Source: Octopus bimaculoides
Lineage: Eukaryota
Assembly (NCBI RefSeq): GCF_001194135.2
Contig: NC_068992.1
Location: 5,290,230 to 5,354,229, forward strand
DNA length: 64,000 bases
Direction: 5' to 3'
The notes under the pieces were generated by a model, which ran no database searches, was not told the DNA's origin, and was given only the letters and a program-made list of their open reading frames with translations. This document shows positions 25,203 to 36,890 of this stretch, in pieces. The position numbers were made by a program, and so were the translations under genes. Positions within the stretch are counted from its first letter, which is position 1, and each line of letters opens with the position of its first letter.

Positions 25203-26049
25203 GATTGAGTGAATAAATATAATCGTGTACAATCACCTCAACGTCTAATATCCTGGCTAATGTAGAATACCGATACTCGAAGGAAGATGAATGTGACTAC
25301 TGATTAACTACAGAAGGGATTTCTTTGCATTTCCAAGAGCATATCCAGTAGGGATAATATACATCTTGAAAAATAAACAATAATAATAACTATAAGAAAC
25401 AGTAAAATATTTTAAGTGCCGAAATAGGAAGTCAAGACGCTGTTACATTCGGTTCTGTAATCAAGAGATGTTAAAATTTCGTATCGCATATTCTGTTATA
25501 GAATACATTTCATAACATTGAAATATATAGAAAAATGTAAGCATATTATTATAGTTTGTTTACTTTTTTGATTTAAGAACATATTCAAACTATGAAATAA
25601 GCATGTTGTGCAGTATATGTTTATATTACATTCATGGGTGTGCCAACAATATGCGAAGAGACCAAATACCTAAAACCTCATTTAATATACCATATAATAT
25701 TTAAGTCTATTAATCATAATAAAAGTTATAAAACGAAAGTCAAAATGAAATCAAAATAAAGTCAGCTGCAAATTATCATATAGATCAAAGCGTACACAGA
25801 TCAATTGGACGACATTAAGCCATTTTTGTGTCCTCTCTTGGAGACGCTAATCAGTTAGAACGAACAGGCGAGCAAATGAGAAGATGTACTACAAACACGT
25901 CCACCGCTCCGCATCATACATTAACACCCTTTCACCAGACGTACACTCTCACCACGCATATTTTCTAGCCACAAAGTCTCCTTCATACTGGTGAATGCAT
26001 TTATGCATATGTGTATGTGTGCTGAATAAGAGTGAATTTGTGATAAGCA

Positions 26050-26116
26050 GAGAACGTCGGGTTTGACGAAATAGCGCTAAGAATTTCGCGTAAAGACAGT
26101 CGAAATAGCGCTAAGT
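26050..26116 (-). mobile_element. Tandemly duplicated SINE family A head fragments
   Basis: CGAAATAGCGCTAAG occurs twice (about 26067 and 26101); it is the reverse complement of the CTTAGCGGTATTTCG segment of family A. Confidence 0.5.
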
Positions 26117-26138
26117 ATTATTATTATTATTATTATTA

Positions 26139-26176
<38 letters not shown>

Positions 26177-26179
26177 GCG

Positions 26180-26232
<53 letters not shown>

Positions 26233-26247
26233 CATCATCATCATCAG

Positions 26248-26331
<84 letters not shown>

Positions 26332-26554
26332 CATCATCATTATCAACATCAAGATGTTCGATGACATTTGACAGCCTCTTTATCAATATCTATTTGATGA
26401 TCGTATTTATCAGCTTCGTTTTCCATCTGACAAACCTTAGTACTGTGGTATTCATTGGCATCATTATGAGCAGCAGCAGTAGTAGTATTATCAAGATCAT
26501 AACCATTATCCAATAATCATCACTCTCAACATCATCACATCATTCTCACTACTG

Positions 26555-26585
<31 letters not shown>

Positions 26586-26903
26586 CATCCTCATCGTCAA
26601 TATCATTCTCATTATCGCAGTTGGATGCATATTCATCACCATCGTCGACGCCATCTTCGTCATCATCGTCAGCATCATCATCACTATAATCATCATTGTC
26701 GTCATCGACATCCCCTGCACAATCAGGTGCGGCAGCAATATTCATATCTCCTGTAACGTCATTATTTCTGACAGCAGCGCGAATAACAGCAACGTTATTC
26801 TCGCTCTGATCGTCATCGGAACTATTAATGTTTCAGCATCAACATCGTATCATCAGGATCATAATCATGACCATGCTCCTCCTCCTCCTCCTCCTCCTCC
26901 TCC

Positions 26904-26938
<35 letters not shown>

Positions 26939-27138
26939 GTCATTATCACCATCATCATCATCGTCATCATCTGTATCATCGTTAACATCATCGTCACAAT
27001 AAACGTGATTTTCATGCTTCTCATCAGTATTAATATCATCGCCGACGTTGCAATCATCGTCATCATCATCATCATCATCATCATCAACATGATCTCCATC
27101 ATCATCATCATCATCATCGTCGTCGTCATCATCATCAA

Positions 27139-27177
<39 letters not shown>

Positions 27178-27206
27178 ATTCATGATCTCCATCATCATCA
27201 TCATCA
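26117..27206. repeat. Long compound and degenerate trinucleotide array (ATT)n/(CAT)n/(CTC)n running into an 854-bp gap
   Basis: Read directly; produces the D/N/M/I-rich ORFs. Confidence 0.95.
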
Positions 27207-28779
27207 NNNNNNNNNNNNNNNNNNNNNNNNNNNNNNNNNNNNNNNNNNNNNNNNNNNNNNNNNNNNNNNNNNNNNNNNNNNNNNNNNNNNNNNNNNNNNN
27301 NNNNNNNNNNNNNNNNNNNNNNNNNNNNNNNNNNNNNNNNNNNNNNNNNNNNNNNNNNNNNNNNNNNNNNNNNNNNNNNNNNNNNNNNNNNNNNNNNNNN
27401 NNNNNNNNNNNNNNNNNNNNNNNNNNNNNNNNNNNNNNNNNNNNNNNNNNNNNNNNNNNNNNNNNNNNNNNNNNNNNNNNNNNNNNNNNNNNNNNNNNNN
27501 NNNNNNNNNNNNNNNNNNNNNNNNNNNNNNNNNNNNNNNNNNNNNNNNNNNNNNNNNNNNNNNNNNNNNNNNNNNNNNNNNNNNNNNNNNNNNNNNNNNN
27601 NNNNNNNNNNNNNNNNNNNNNNNNNNNNNNNNNNNNNNNNNNNNNNNNNNNNNNNNNNNNNNNNNNNNNNNNNNNNNNNNNNNNNNNNNNNNNNNNNNNN
27701 NNNNNNNNNNNNNNNNNNNNNNNNNNNNNNNNNNNNNNNNNNNNNNNNNNNNNNNNNNNNNNNNNNNNNNNNNNNNNNNNNNNNNNNNNNNNNNNNNNNN
27801 NNNNNNNNNNNNNNNNNNNNNNNNNNNNNNNNNNNNNNNNNNNNNNNNNNNNNNNNNNNNNNNNNNNNNNNNNNNNNNNNNNNNNNNNNNNNNNNNNNNN
27901 NNNNNNNNNNNNNNNNNNNNNNNNNNNNNNNNNNNNNNNNNNNNNNNNNNNNNNNNNNNNNNNNNNNNNNNNNNNNNNNNNNNNNNNNNNNNNNNNNNNN
28001 NNNNNNNNNNNNNNNNNNNNNNNNNNNNNNNNNNNNNNNNNNNNNNNNNNNNNNNNNNNNNATATACGTATATATATACAATATATATATATACATACAT
28101 ACATGCATACATACGTATCTACATTCATGTACAGTAACAAACGTATTACTGCTGAAACAAAGAGATGAACATTTTTGTAGCCGCAATATCTGTTAATGCA
28201 TCAATCTATAAGTTTGTTTACATCAGATAAATACATTTATTTCAGTAACCTTTCTCACAACGGGGAATGTAGATTCTCTTGATAGACCTACTGATTGTTC
28301 AGAGGAGAACAATGGAATAAACGTAATTAGTGCGTATAAAGTAATAATTCTAACTATTGGTAAACAAACACGATAGCAATTGTAATTTTCACATAAATAA
28401 TGATAATGTTGCTTATGTTTTTCTCCAAAAAAAAAAAAAAAAAATTGAAACGTCTTGGCGTTATGAGCTCCAGTTACACTAATAAATCTGAAAAGACAAG
28501 TTACTGCGAGAACATCTACAATAACTCAGTCATAGGTTTATCAAAAGTAATTCTTGCACCTACTTGGCAATGGATTTTATGAAAGTCTGAAATGAAAAAG
28601 AGACAGATGTAGACGAATTGGTTGAGCATCGTAAACTAATCACACTCTGTTATATACGTTTTTTTTTTCTTTATAATCTCAATCAAAATGTTTATCACAG
28701 AATATTACAAAATCCTGTCAATGATTCACATCCATACACTGGTGTAATATTTCACGTACATTTTGTTTGTGCATCTTCT

Positions 28780-28909
28780 ATTCTTCCTCTCTTTCTTCTT
28801 TTTCTTCTTTTCTCCTTCTTTTTTTATTGTTGTTGTTGTTGTTCTTCTTCTTCTTCTTCTTCTTCTTCTTCTTCTTCTTCTTTTTCTTCTTCTTCTTCTT
28901 CTTCTTCTT

Positions 28910-28953
<44 letters not shown>
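28780..28953. repeat. Compound (GTT)/(CTT)/(ATT) microsatellite
   Basis: Read directly. Confidence 0.95.
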
Positions 28954-28956
<3 letters not shown>

Positions 28957-29637
28957 GTAATAGACGAAAGCATTTAAAAAGAAAATTAAATTCATGGAGC
29001 CTGATAAAATCAAAAATGTTAATTCTGTTCCCTTTCCTTAATATTAACATAGCATGAGTGAGATTTGACTGTTATTTCTAGCAAATTGAACAACCACACA
29101 GAGTTGTTCAATTGGCTCATTTGTTGATGTGTAAACAACAACTAAAAGACACACACATACATACAAATATTNNNNNNNNNNGATTTGACTGTTATTTCTA
29201 GCAAATTGAACAACCACACAGAGTTGTTCAATTGGCTCATTTGTTGATGTGTAAACAACAACTAAAAGACACACACATACATACAAATATTATTTGTGAT
29301 AATAAGTGTCACGTGGTGGAAATAAACGCAACTTTCTCTGTTTTGGTCAGGGTTTTTCCGATTTCTTTTTTCTTGTATCAAGCAATTGACGAAGGCATTT
29401 AAAATAATTGAATTCATAGAGTCGAACAAAATGAAAAATTTTAATTCTATTTTTTACTTTCCTACAATATAATTAATTACCGTATCCTATATATTTTGTC
29501 CTTGCATATTAGATGTGTATTTCAGAAATATGTTCACTTTTTAAACAAAAACTGTTTAATACATTCCTATATGTATTTCAATTGAAGTACTCTGAATCAT
29601 TTTGGAGATTTATTGTTTTAATAGCAAGTTTTAAAAT

Positions 29638-29900
29638 ATGGATAATCGCATGAAGGACGCAGCACGAGAACAGTTCCGCGAGGAACAGCGGGAGGTAATA
29701 AGCAATCAAAATCACGTGAGGATGAGACAGAGATAATAAGAAATAAGCCAAGAGAAGAGGGGGTGTATTCTACGGCATAGAAGGGAAAGACATCAGCAAA
29801 GGATAGAACAAATGAGCCAGGACGAATGAGAAGAGTATTTTCAAAATAAGAGAGATAGATTTGAACGGAATCGTGAACACGTGTCAAGAGCAAAGGCAGC
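29638..29900 (+). pseudogene. Decayed R/E/Q-rich coding remnant of unknown origin (possibly Helitron Rep N-terminal region)
   Basis: ATG-started frame MDNRMKDAAREQFREEQREVISNQNHVRMRQR**EISQEKRGCILRHRRERHQQRIEQMSQDE*EEYFQNKRDRFERNREHVSRAKAAV; the stops are one transition away from CAA/CGA. Composition only, no diagnostic motif. Confidence 0.3.
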
Positions 29901-30025
29901 TGTACTTAGAAAATCTGAGAAACAGAGCTGAGAGCGAATACGTCCAAGGGTCAATTTCTTCGACTAAAGTGCGGTACTCAAGCATGGCCACCGTCAATTG
30001 ACTGAAACAAGAGATTAAAAGAATA
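29900..30025 (+). mobile_element. 3' tail fragment of SINE family B
   Basis: CCAAGGGTCAATTTCTTCGACTAAAGTGCGGTACTCAAGCATGGCCACCGTCAATTGACTGAAACAAG matches the tail at 45082-45170 (reverse complement). Confidence 0.62.
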
Positions 30026-30039
30026 CGAGAAAAACGTTC

Positions 30040-30245
30040 CATGCCACTACACCAATGCTTTCGTTCTGTAATTCATCTCTACTCAATCTGTCAGCTTATC
30101 CGAAATGTGTTTTACCTTTGTTTCTTACAAACTTGTCTACGCCAGAATGGTTCTTTAACTTCAGCTTATTGTTTTCTTTCTTCTACCACTCTATCTGCAG
30201 CAACCATAGCTGAAGCCCAAATAATTCTTGTTAGTTTCAGTTATA
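30040..30245 (-). mobile_element. R4/Dong-like non-LTR fragment, apparently from the pre-RT (N-terminal) region
   Basis: Minus strand ITETN.IIWASAMVAADRVVEERKQ*AEVKEPFWRR resembles the TETN..IYA.A...KEP.W.RR motif I recall upstream of RT in R4/Dong ORFs. Confidence 0.55.
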
Positions 30246-30560
30246 TTTCTTTGGTTCAGTAAGCATTAATCTTCAGCAGCGTAGATAAAGACTTCATTCT
30301 CTACATTTAGCCCTGAGCTCCCTAGCCACTGATGGTTGTGCTTCTGGTCTACATCATCTTGTTTGCTACGGACCGTATATTTGCTACGCGGTGGTTTTTG
30401 TTCCCACCTATGAGCGAATTGTTCAAACGCATCTTGCTTTGCTATTGATTTCACCTTCATTTCAACTACATTTGCCGCACTACCATCGTGCTGTTCACCC
30501 CGGGTATTAAGCATAAACTATTTCTGTACTCCTTCATAACAGAATGAAGCTTCTTACGCC
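30246..30560 (-). mobile_element. R4/Dong-like non-LTR fragment, post-RT region
   Basis: RWEQKPPRSKYTVRSKQDDVDQKHNHQWLGSSGLNVENEVFIYAAED* matches the W..KP.HG.Y...WL...GLK.ETEGFI.AAQDQ signature of R4/Dong elements. Confidence 0.8.
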
Positions 30561-30569
30561 TTTCATGTC

Positions 30570-31040
30570 ATGCCGATGTCATCATTGACTGCTTTCACAG
30601 TACGTAGTAGCCCTTGAAGCTCATTATCGTCTTTGCCATAGAGTTTTAAGTCATCCATATAAAATTGATGATTTATTTTCTTGTCGCCAAATTTATATTC
30701 ATACCCTGTTCTGTGAAGTTCACTTGCAAGGGGTATTAGGGCTATGCAGATAATTAAAGGTGAAAGTGAGTCACGCTGGAAAATGCAGCAGTTGATATTA
30801 ATATTTTTTCGGGGTCAGCACTCCATTAGAGTGGTACAATCGGAGATTCGTATTTCACACATGTTGTGCATCAGGAAGTTTAAAATCACAGGAGAAATTT
30901 TGAATATACCCAGCCATTTCCAGATCCATGAATGTGGTATTCTGTCAAAGGCCTTTTTTATAATCAATCCATGCAGAACTGAGATTTCTGTGTTTATTAT
31001 GACAATTCTCAAAGATCATGCGATTGATTAAATACTGGTC
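30570..31040 (-). mobile_element. R4/Dong-like non-LTR reverse transcriptase pseudogene fragment
   Basis: With frameshifts: DQYLINRMIFENCHNKHRNLSSAWID.KKAFDRIPHSWI...CIFQRDSLSPL..CIAL...GYEYKFGDKKINHQFYMDDLKLYGKDDNELQGLLRTVKAVNDDIGM (RT motifs including YMDD). Confidence 0.9.
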
Positions 31041-31249
31041 ATTGCATCGGTTGTATAGCGAAGCTGTCACCCATCCCGGTAAAAAGTGGTAGCAACCAGC
31101 CATTATAAATACACCGGGAACAGGTCGAGAGGGGAATGTCAGTAGGTCGAGAGTACCTGTAGATTGTATTGATAGTCATGTCTGTATTGCTATAGTAATT
31201 ATAGTCTGATACTGAGTGGACGTCATATTGATCCAAACTTTACCAACAA

Positions 31250-31720
31250 ATACAAAAAATACAAACAAGCAAAATGTATTCGCTGTGGGTTTACAGTAAA
31301 CTGTACTGCAAAACAAGGCTAGGAAAATGGAACAAACAAGAAAAAATAAATAGTTTGTCAGCAGGAAAAGTTGTGACTACAAGAAACAAACAATTCGTGA
31401 ATGTGAGAACTGGAAACAATAGTGTCAGAATGGAATTAGACACGGGAAGTGATATCACAATCACAAACGAGAGTTCATGGGAACAAATGGGTGAACCAAA
31501 ATTATGAAGGTAAACCAAAGTCAAGTACGGTGTTACGGGAAGAAAATTACATTTCACGGGCAAACGAGATTGTAATATAATGTTCAAAGGTCGAACCCCA
31601 AGAATGAATGCTTATGTGTTGAAAAAATCTATGAATATATTTGGCACTGAATGTATGGAGTAATTTAATTTATGAGATACACCCATAAGAGCTTTGTGCT
31701 ATAACGCAAACGAAGCAACG
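31250..31720 (+). mobile_element. Ty3/Gypsy LTR retrotransposon gag-end/aspartic protease remnant
   Basis: FVNVRTGNNSVRMELDTGSDITITNESSWEQMGEPKL*R*TKVKYGVTGRKLHFTG...YVLKKSMNIFGTECME*FNL*DTPI contains the LDTGS retropepsin active site. Upstream AKCIRCG may be a decayed zinc knuckle. Confidence 0.85.
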
Positions 31721-32744
31721 TAAACAATCATAGCCCAACCTGTCAAGCTGCTGTTAAATAGTTTCTTTTTCTATAAATTCACCGTCTATAAAATATACAC
31801 TAACATTTTATAGGACAGGAGCTATATTGTAAATGAATTGCCCAAGATGCACCTAATATGACTAAATTTCAAACCATATTTGCATTATTGATGTCTGAAA
31901 TGTGATAACCTCTCAAGTATGCGTTTATCATTTTAGATTAATAATTGAATAAATCATCTTTACCAATAACAACATTTACTATTACGAGTTTTTTCAAAAC
32001 AATCAACAGTTAATAATTTCAAAAATCTATATTTTAAAAATGCGTGCACATCCTTGATATTTTGAAATTAGTGTGTTACATGCTAAATGCGTCTGCGTAA
32101 CAAGCTATTCAAAGTAAATTAAGGAAGAAAGAAGTTCATATAAATTATTTCCATAATCGGGAAAAATTCTACACCATATGTACTCTGTAATGTATAATGA
32201 AAAGACAGTACATAATCTCGGATTGGAGTATCGCTTACTGTTCCATACAAATACAGAGATACGATCTCTCTAAGAAACACCTGTTACGCTGTCTAATAAT
32301 TTTGCACTAACGCTGCAAAATCTATTTTGTTTGATCTACCCAGGAGAAAATTGCAGGTGGTAGAAATCTATATTAGGTTTGAACAGACAAAATAAACCAC
32401 AAATTGTATAATAGCATGTATGTTTCTCTTTGAGAGAACTGCGATTTTTATTAAATACAAATTTATGAATGATATATGACTTCAAGATTCTCGCCAGTAA
32501 TTAATGAAATGATTTAAACAAAAGTGCTAACACATGAATTATAATATAACTAAATACATTCATGAAAAATCAGATAAATTATTACTTTGCATAGAAAACG
32601 TTGTCATGAACTCTGGTTATCCAGTTAATATACCAGGGTAAGCAAAAAACCATAAGAACTCTTGTTTCCGTAATATAGTAATACAAAAGTAGGGATTGAA
32701 GACTTGCAGTATTTAAAGACATAATTTTCCTCTTTTTCGATTAA

Positions 32745-33330
32745 CTTGTTCTACCAATCCATATGCTTACTTATTCCATTGGAGAAGATTTTTCGGCTCG
32801 TCGTGCAGCCATTTATGCACCGCTTCCTGCGCTTCTCCGTCCATAGAAAATTGACGACCACGCAAAGTATGCTTGAGAGATGCAAAGGTATGACAGTTGG
32901 AAACGGGGAGATATGGTCTTTATACGGTGTATTCTTCAATGGCTTCTACAGTGTTCGCAGCTGCATATGGGCATGCATTGTCGTACAATAACAACACTTG
33001 CTTTGACAAGGAACCGCTGTACGGATTGCTGGTTTCAGAATGTTTGCTGGTTAGCATTTCCTTCTAACCTACATTGGGGACTGTAGATCACTTTTTCCAG
33101 GAAATGTTTCTGTATAGGCCCTTGTCCCTTCCCTTTAATGGCTTGTATTGCAGATTCTACGGAAGGGAGTTTCTCTTTCACTAGCGCATACGCTTGTTTC
33201 CACTCCATAATCTACCTTTCCCTGACAGATGACAAACGATTGAAGGCAGAGAAAGGTGCAAACCTGCTCAGATCTAGTGACACTTTTCCCCCGCTCATGC
33301 ATGAAAAATGCCTGTGCATTCAAGATTCCG
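32745..33330 (-). mobile_element. Decayed mariner (DD34D-type) transposase C-terminal half
   Basis: Minus strand LSKQVLLLYDNACPYAAANTVEAIE and LKHTLRGRQFSMDGEAQEAVHKWLHDEPK..FSNGISKHMDW match mariner VLLLHDNARPH and LK..LRG..F..D.E...AV..WL...P..FF..GI.K motifs. Confidence 0.8.
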
Positions 33331-35829
33331 ATACAAATGCTCAGGTTATGGCATGGCGTCCCACCTATTTGCGAGGTATAAGATTTTTGAAGTGAGAACT
33401 AGCAATTAGAACAGCAAGGATTTAAATTTTGGAGTCTGGGGAGATACATTCGCTATTCTTCTTGATTTTCTGGAACTGACATTACCGTGAATAGCGAGGG
33501 GTATATTGTGGTCTAAAAAAATTAGAGAGGAAAGATCGGACAGGAATATGGAAACTAATCATTAAAATGCGTAATCGCTTACTTCATTAAGAACATTGGC
33601 AAACTCGGAGAATTATTCTTTTTACATTCTCTACGCAACAAGATTTGGTTTTTGACAGCCCTTTCCTCTGTCCAATAAAAAGGACTCTATAGAAATAGAG
33701 ACTGATGACATAAATCAGGAGAGAACGGCTGTAAACATTTTTTTCTAAACATAATTCATGAGAGTTTGTTTCAAAGATTCAAATGTGATGAACAATTTAT
33801 AAAGTAAGAACTTTGCGTATAGAGATGAGTTCTCTGCCAATATGTGCAATGTGAATGAGTTATGTCTGGAAAAACGTTGTGCTTGTTTTTGCATAAGTAT
33901 CGATCTAACATTTGCTTATATATTTAAGAATGTGCTTTATAAAGTAAATGTTCAAATACACAGGCATGCACAACCACACGCATATATACATGCATACGAT
34001 TACAAATTTACATTTATATCAATGATAATCGATGTACTTGGTATTGTAAGCAACTGACTATCAGCCTTGGATATTTAGAAGCAAAAATGAACCAACGGAC
34101 ACTCACCTTAAATATATAATCTGTATGCGGAACAGTAAAACTACACAAAGTGTGTTTCAGGCTTAAAACATGACATTGTATTCGTTATCTACATTCAAAC
34201 GATGGAGATTTGAGTTTCTATTAGAAACCAGCTCCTTCTTCAAAGGAAGAGTTTATACAATTAAAAATAGAAAGGAGCACAGACACACAAATACAGACTT
34301 GCATACATACATACATACATACATACACACATACACTATTGTAGAGGAACTCTGCCTGGAAGATGTGGATGTAAATCAAAAATTCAGGAAAAAGAGAACA
34401 TTTTCGGCGAATTATTGCGGGTCTTATAACACATTTACCCAATCATCGATGAACTCTTATTTGTACCTATCATCATAGGTTTATTAGGTCAAACAACGTA
34501 TTTGCACAAAAACTTATAACCACTTGGATTCACTTAAAAAGAGATGAGGAAGTGAGGCGGATTCTCCAAATTCTATCTATTTATTGGTCCAGTGAAGGAC
34601 CAATAAATTACAGAATTTCTCCATTTGAGATTCTTATGTAAATGAATGCAACGTTTTGAGTGCAACCAGCACAAAAAACTCAACCGCATTTCACAAACTC
34701 CGGGAGCCCTTTCAACTCAAAAAGTCTTGTCGTTTTGTTAGCGACCAGCTTGAAATGCTCTCAAAACGAAAGAAATTAAACACACAGAAAAAAAAAGACC
34801 TACATGCATGCATGCATGCATGCAATTATGACAATACGCTCAATAAACTTGCCACAGGTAACCCTTGTGTTTAAATATATATTATTTTAAACAGAAAGTG
34901 TATTGCTAAAAAAGGAGGGAAGTATTTTATTCTGTTATTACTTGAGCTTGTAGCGTTCCCTAACATTTACCATTATGCTATTTTATATTATTTCACATTG
35001 TCTAAGCTATTAAGAATCTGGGATGAACTGAGGATCGATATTTTAAAAATTGTCTACAATGGACTAACGCGTAGAATCCACGAATACTTCGTGTGTATAA
35101 AAACACACACAGACACACACACAGACACACACACACACATACGCGCTGCGCGAGTTTGTGTGTGTAAATGTCACATTAGATTGTGCCTCTGCAGAAAGAA
35201 CATAATTGATGTTATTACTGCAGAAGTCAATCACTGCTCTTGTAGCCAGCAGTCAATTAGCGACGTAGACTTTAGTTATTTCATGCAATGCATGTAAAGA
35301 GAAAAGCACATTATCATGAACAATGATGTGCCACAACCAACCTCTACTTTATTATTTTTCTACTTACAGTTACAAAACCCTCGAAACGGTAATTTATAAC
35401 TCGGTAAAGAAATATAATTCCTAACGTACTGACTTGTGAAACCCATAAAAACTGCCTCCAGAGCAGTAGTCATGGAAATTTAAGTGGTTTTCGGTTAAAT
35501 AAAAGAAATGCATAATACAGTGAGATATATGTACTGCATATATTTCTCTGAAGATCCTCAATTCACATTAGGAACCATGCTGTTCTAGTCTATTTCAAAA
35601 ACAAGATAAAAATGAAAGGAGAAAATATCATGTGCTTTGCACGAAAGGGTTAGTTTTCTATCTGATGCAAACGCGATTCCAGTTATATGTAGAATTCTTG
35701 GCAGCTTCAACCTAAGCATATAATCAACAATTTACATTCAACCTATGGAATACTAAACACCTTCTTGAAGACATCATTGGAATTTTGTATTTTGTAAGAC
35801 CCTCATTATACCTAATGAATCTGAATGTT

Positions 35830-36890
35830 AAAATTTATAAGGAATACATTTTATGTGATTTCAAATGGATGTTGAAAAGTATTGATGATTTTCGCAGCCT
35901 GGTTTCGAGGTTATGTTGTTGAACTTACAGTCATAGGATCGATTTCTGGACCAGGTGGTCTATTCTAACCTAGAAGATACTATTTCAATTTGCACTATTC
36001 CAATGTACATAACAATAAAGGATAACCGGCAGAATGCTATTATATCTCTATCACTCCCTTCTTCTTTCACTTTCTTCTTTCGAACTGTTATCCCATCGGT
36101 GGCCTGTTGTGTAATAATCTGTATTGAACACCCTACTGACTGGCTAATTCTTGATATTTTTCAGCCATTACTCCCTTTCGTCCTTCTAATCAGAATCGAG
36201 AATCGACTGAATTCGTTGTCTAATTTTTTTCCGAACAAGCTACTAAAAAATAATGCCTTTCTGATCACGTCAGGCATAGGACATCACTTTCTGCAGATTC
36301 TGAACGTGTCAAGAGGCATGAAAGTTAATTAATTTTGTTTTCTTCAGAAGGATTTTCATTTCACATTTTCCTAAACTATTCCTTTGTGCGTGTGAATTTT
36401 CGTTTAAGTAATGGCTTATTAAAAAAAAAATTTTTTTTTATTATTCTTTATTGCGTCTGAGCAAAGAATCGCAGATAGAATTACGGTCCGTTATTTATCT
36501 AGTTATTATTTTTTTTTTTGTAAAATTTTAGTTACCCTGAAACCACAGCGTTTTCCGTATCCCAGTGCTTTTAAATACCTTGTAACGCTCATATGAATCA
36601 TGTAAATTATTTCTGTGCAGTGTTTTGCTGTGAGTGCCGTGTTATTCCTTAATTTGCGTCACTGTTTGTGATCATAAACTGTAGGCCTCCTGCATCTCAA
36701 GGTGCTGCAGTTAAATTTTCATCCCGAAACCGAGTGGACTATTTACGAACATTCCTCACAGCTACTGCACCATCACTGCACAAGCTGCACAAATATATTT
36801 TGCAGATTGTACTGCGTTTCATATTTTCCTTTCCAAAGTAAATGAGAACAAAAGGAAAAAATTGTATATCATTTCGTTCTACTTTCAATT
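35830..36890 (-). mobile_element. Highly decayed mariner transposon
   Basis: Minus-strand fragments GAVAVRNVRK*STRFRDEN (HTH, cf. GAVAERTVRKWFARFR.G), QKVMSYA*RDQKGIIF (cf. KKVMLCVWWD.KGII) and KYQELASQ*GV (cf. KRPELAN.RGV). Confidence 0.6.

Noticed and set aside
26825-28186. Longest ORFs in the track (453, 446 and 433 aa), and likewise those at 54200-55087, 59873-60860 and 22190-22713
   Set aside because: They consist of N-gap codons plus microsatellite translations; no evidence of coding.
35955-36332. 125-aa plus-strand ORF
   Set aside because: It is the antisense shadow of the decayed minus-strand mariner and starts at GTG.
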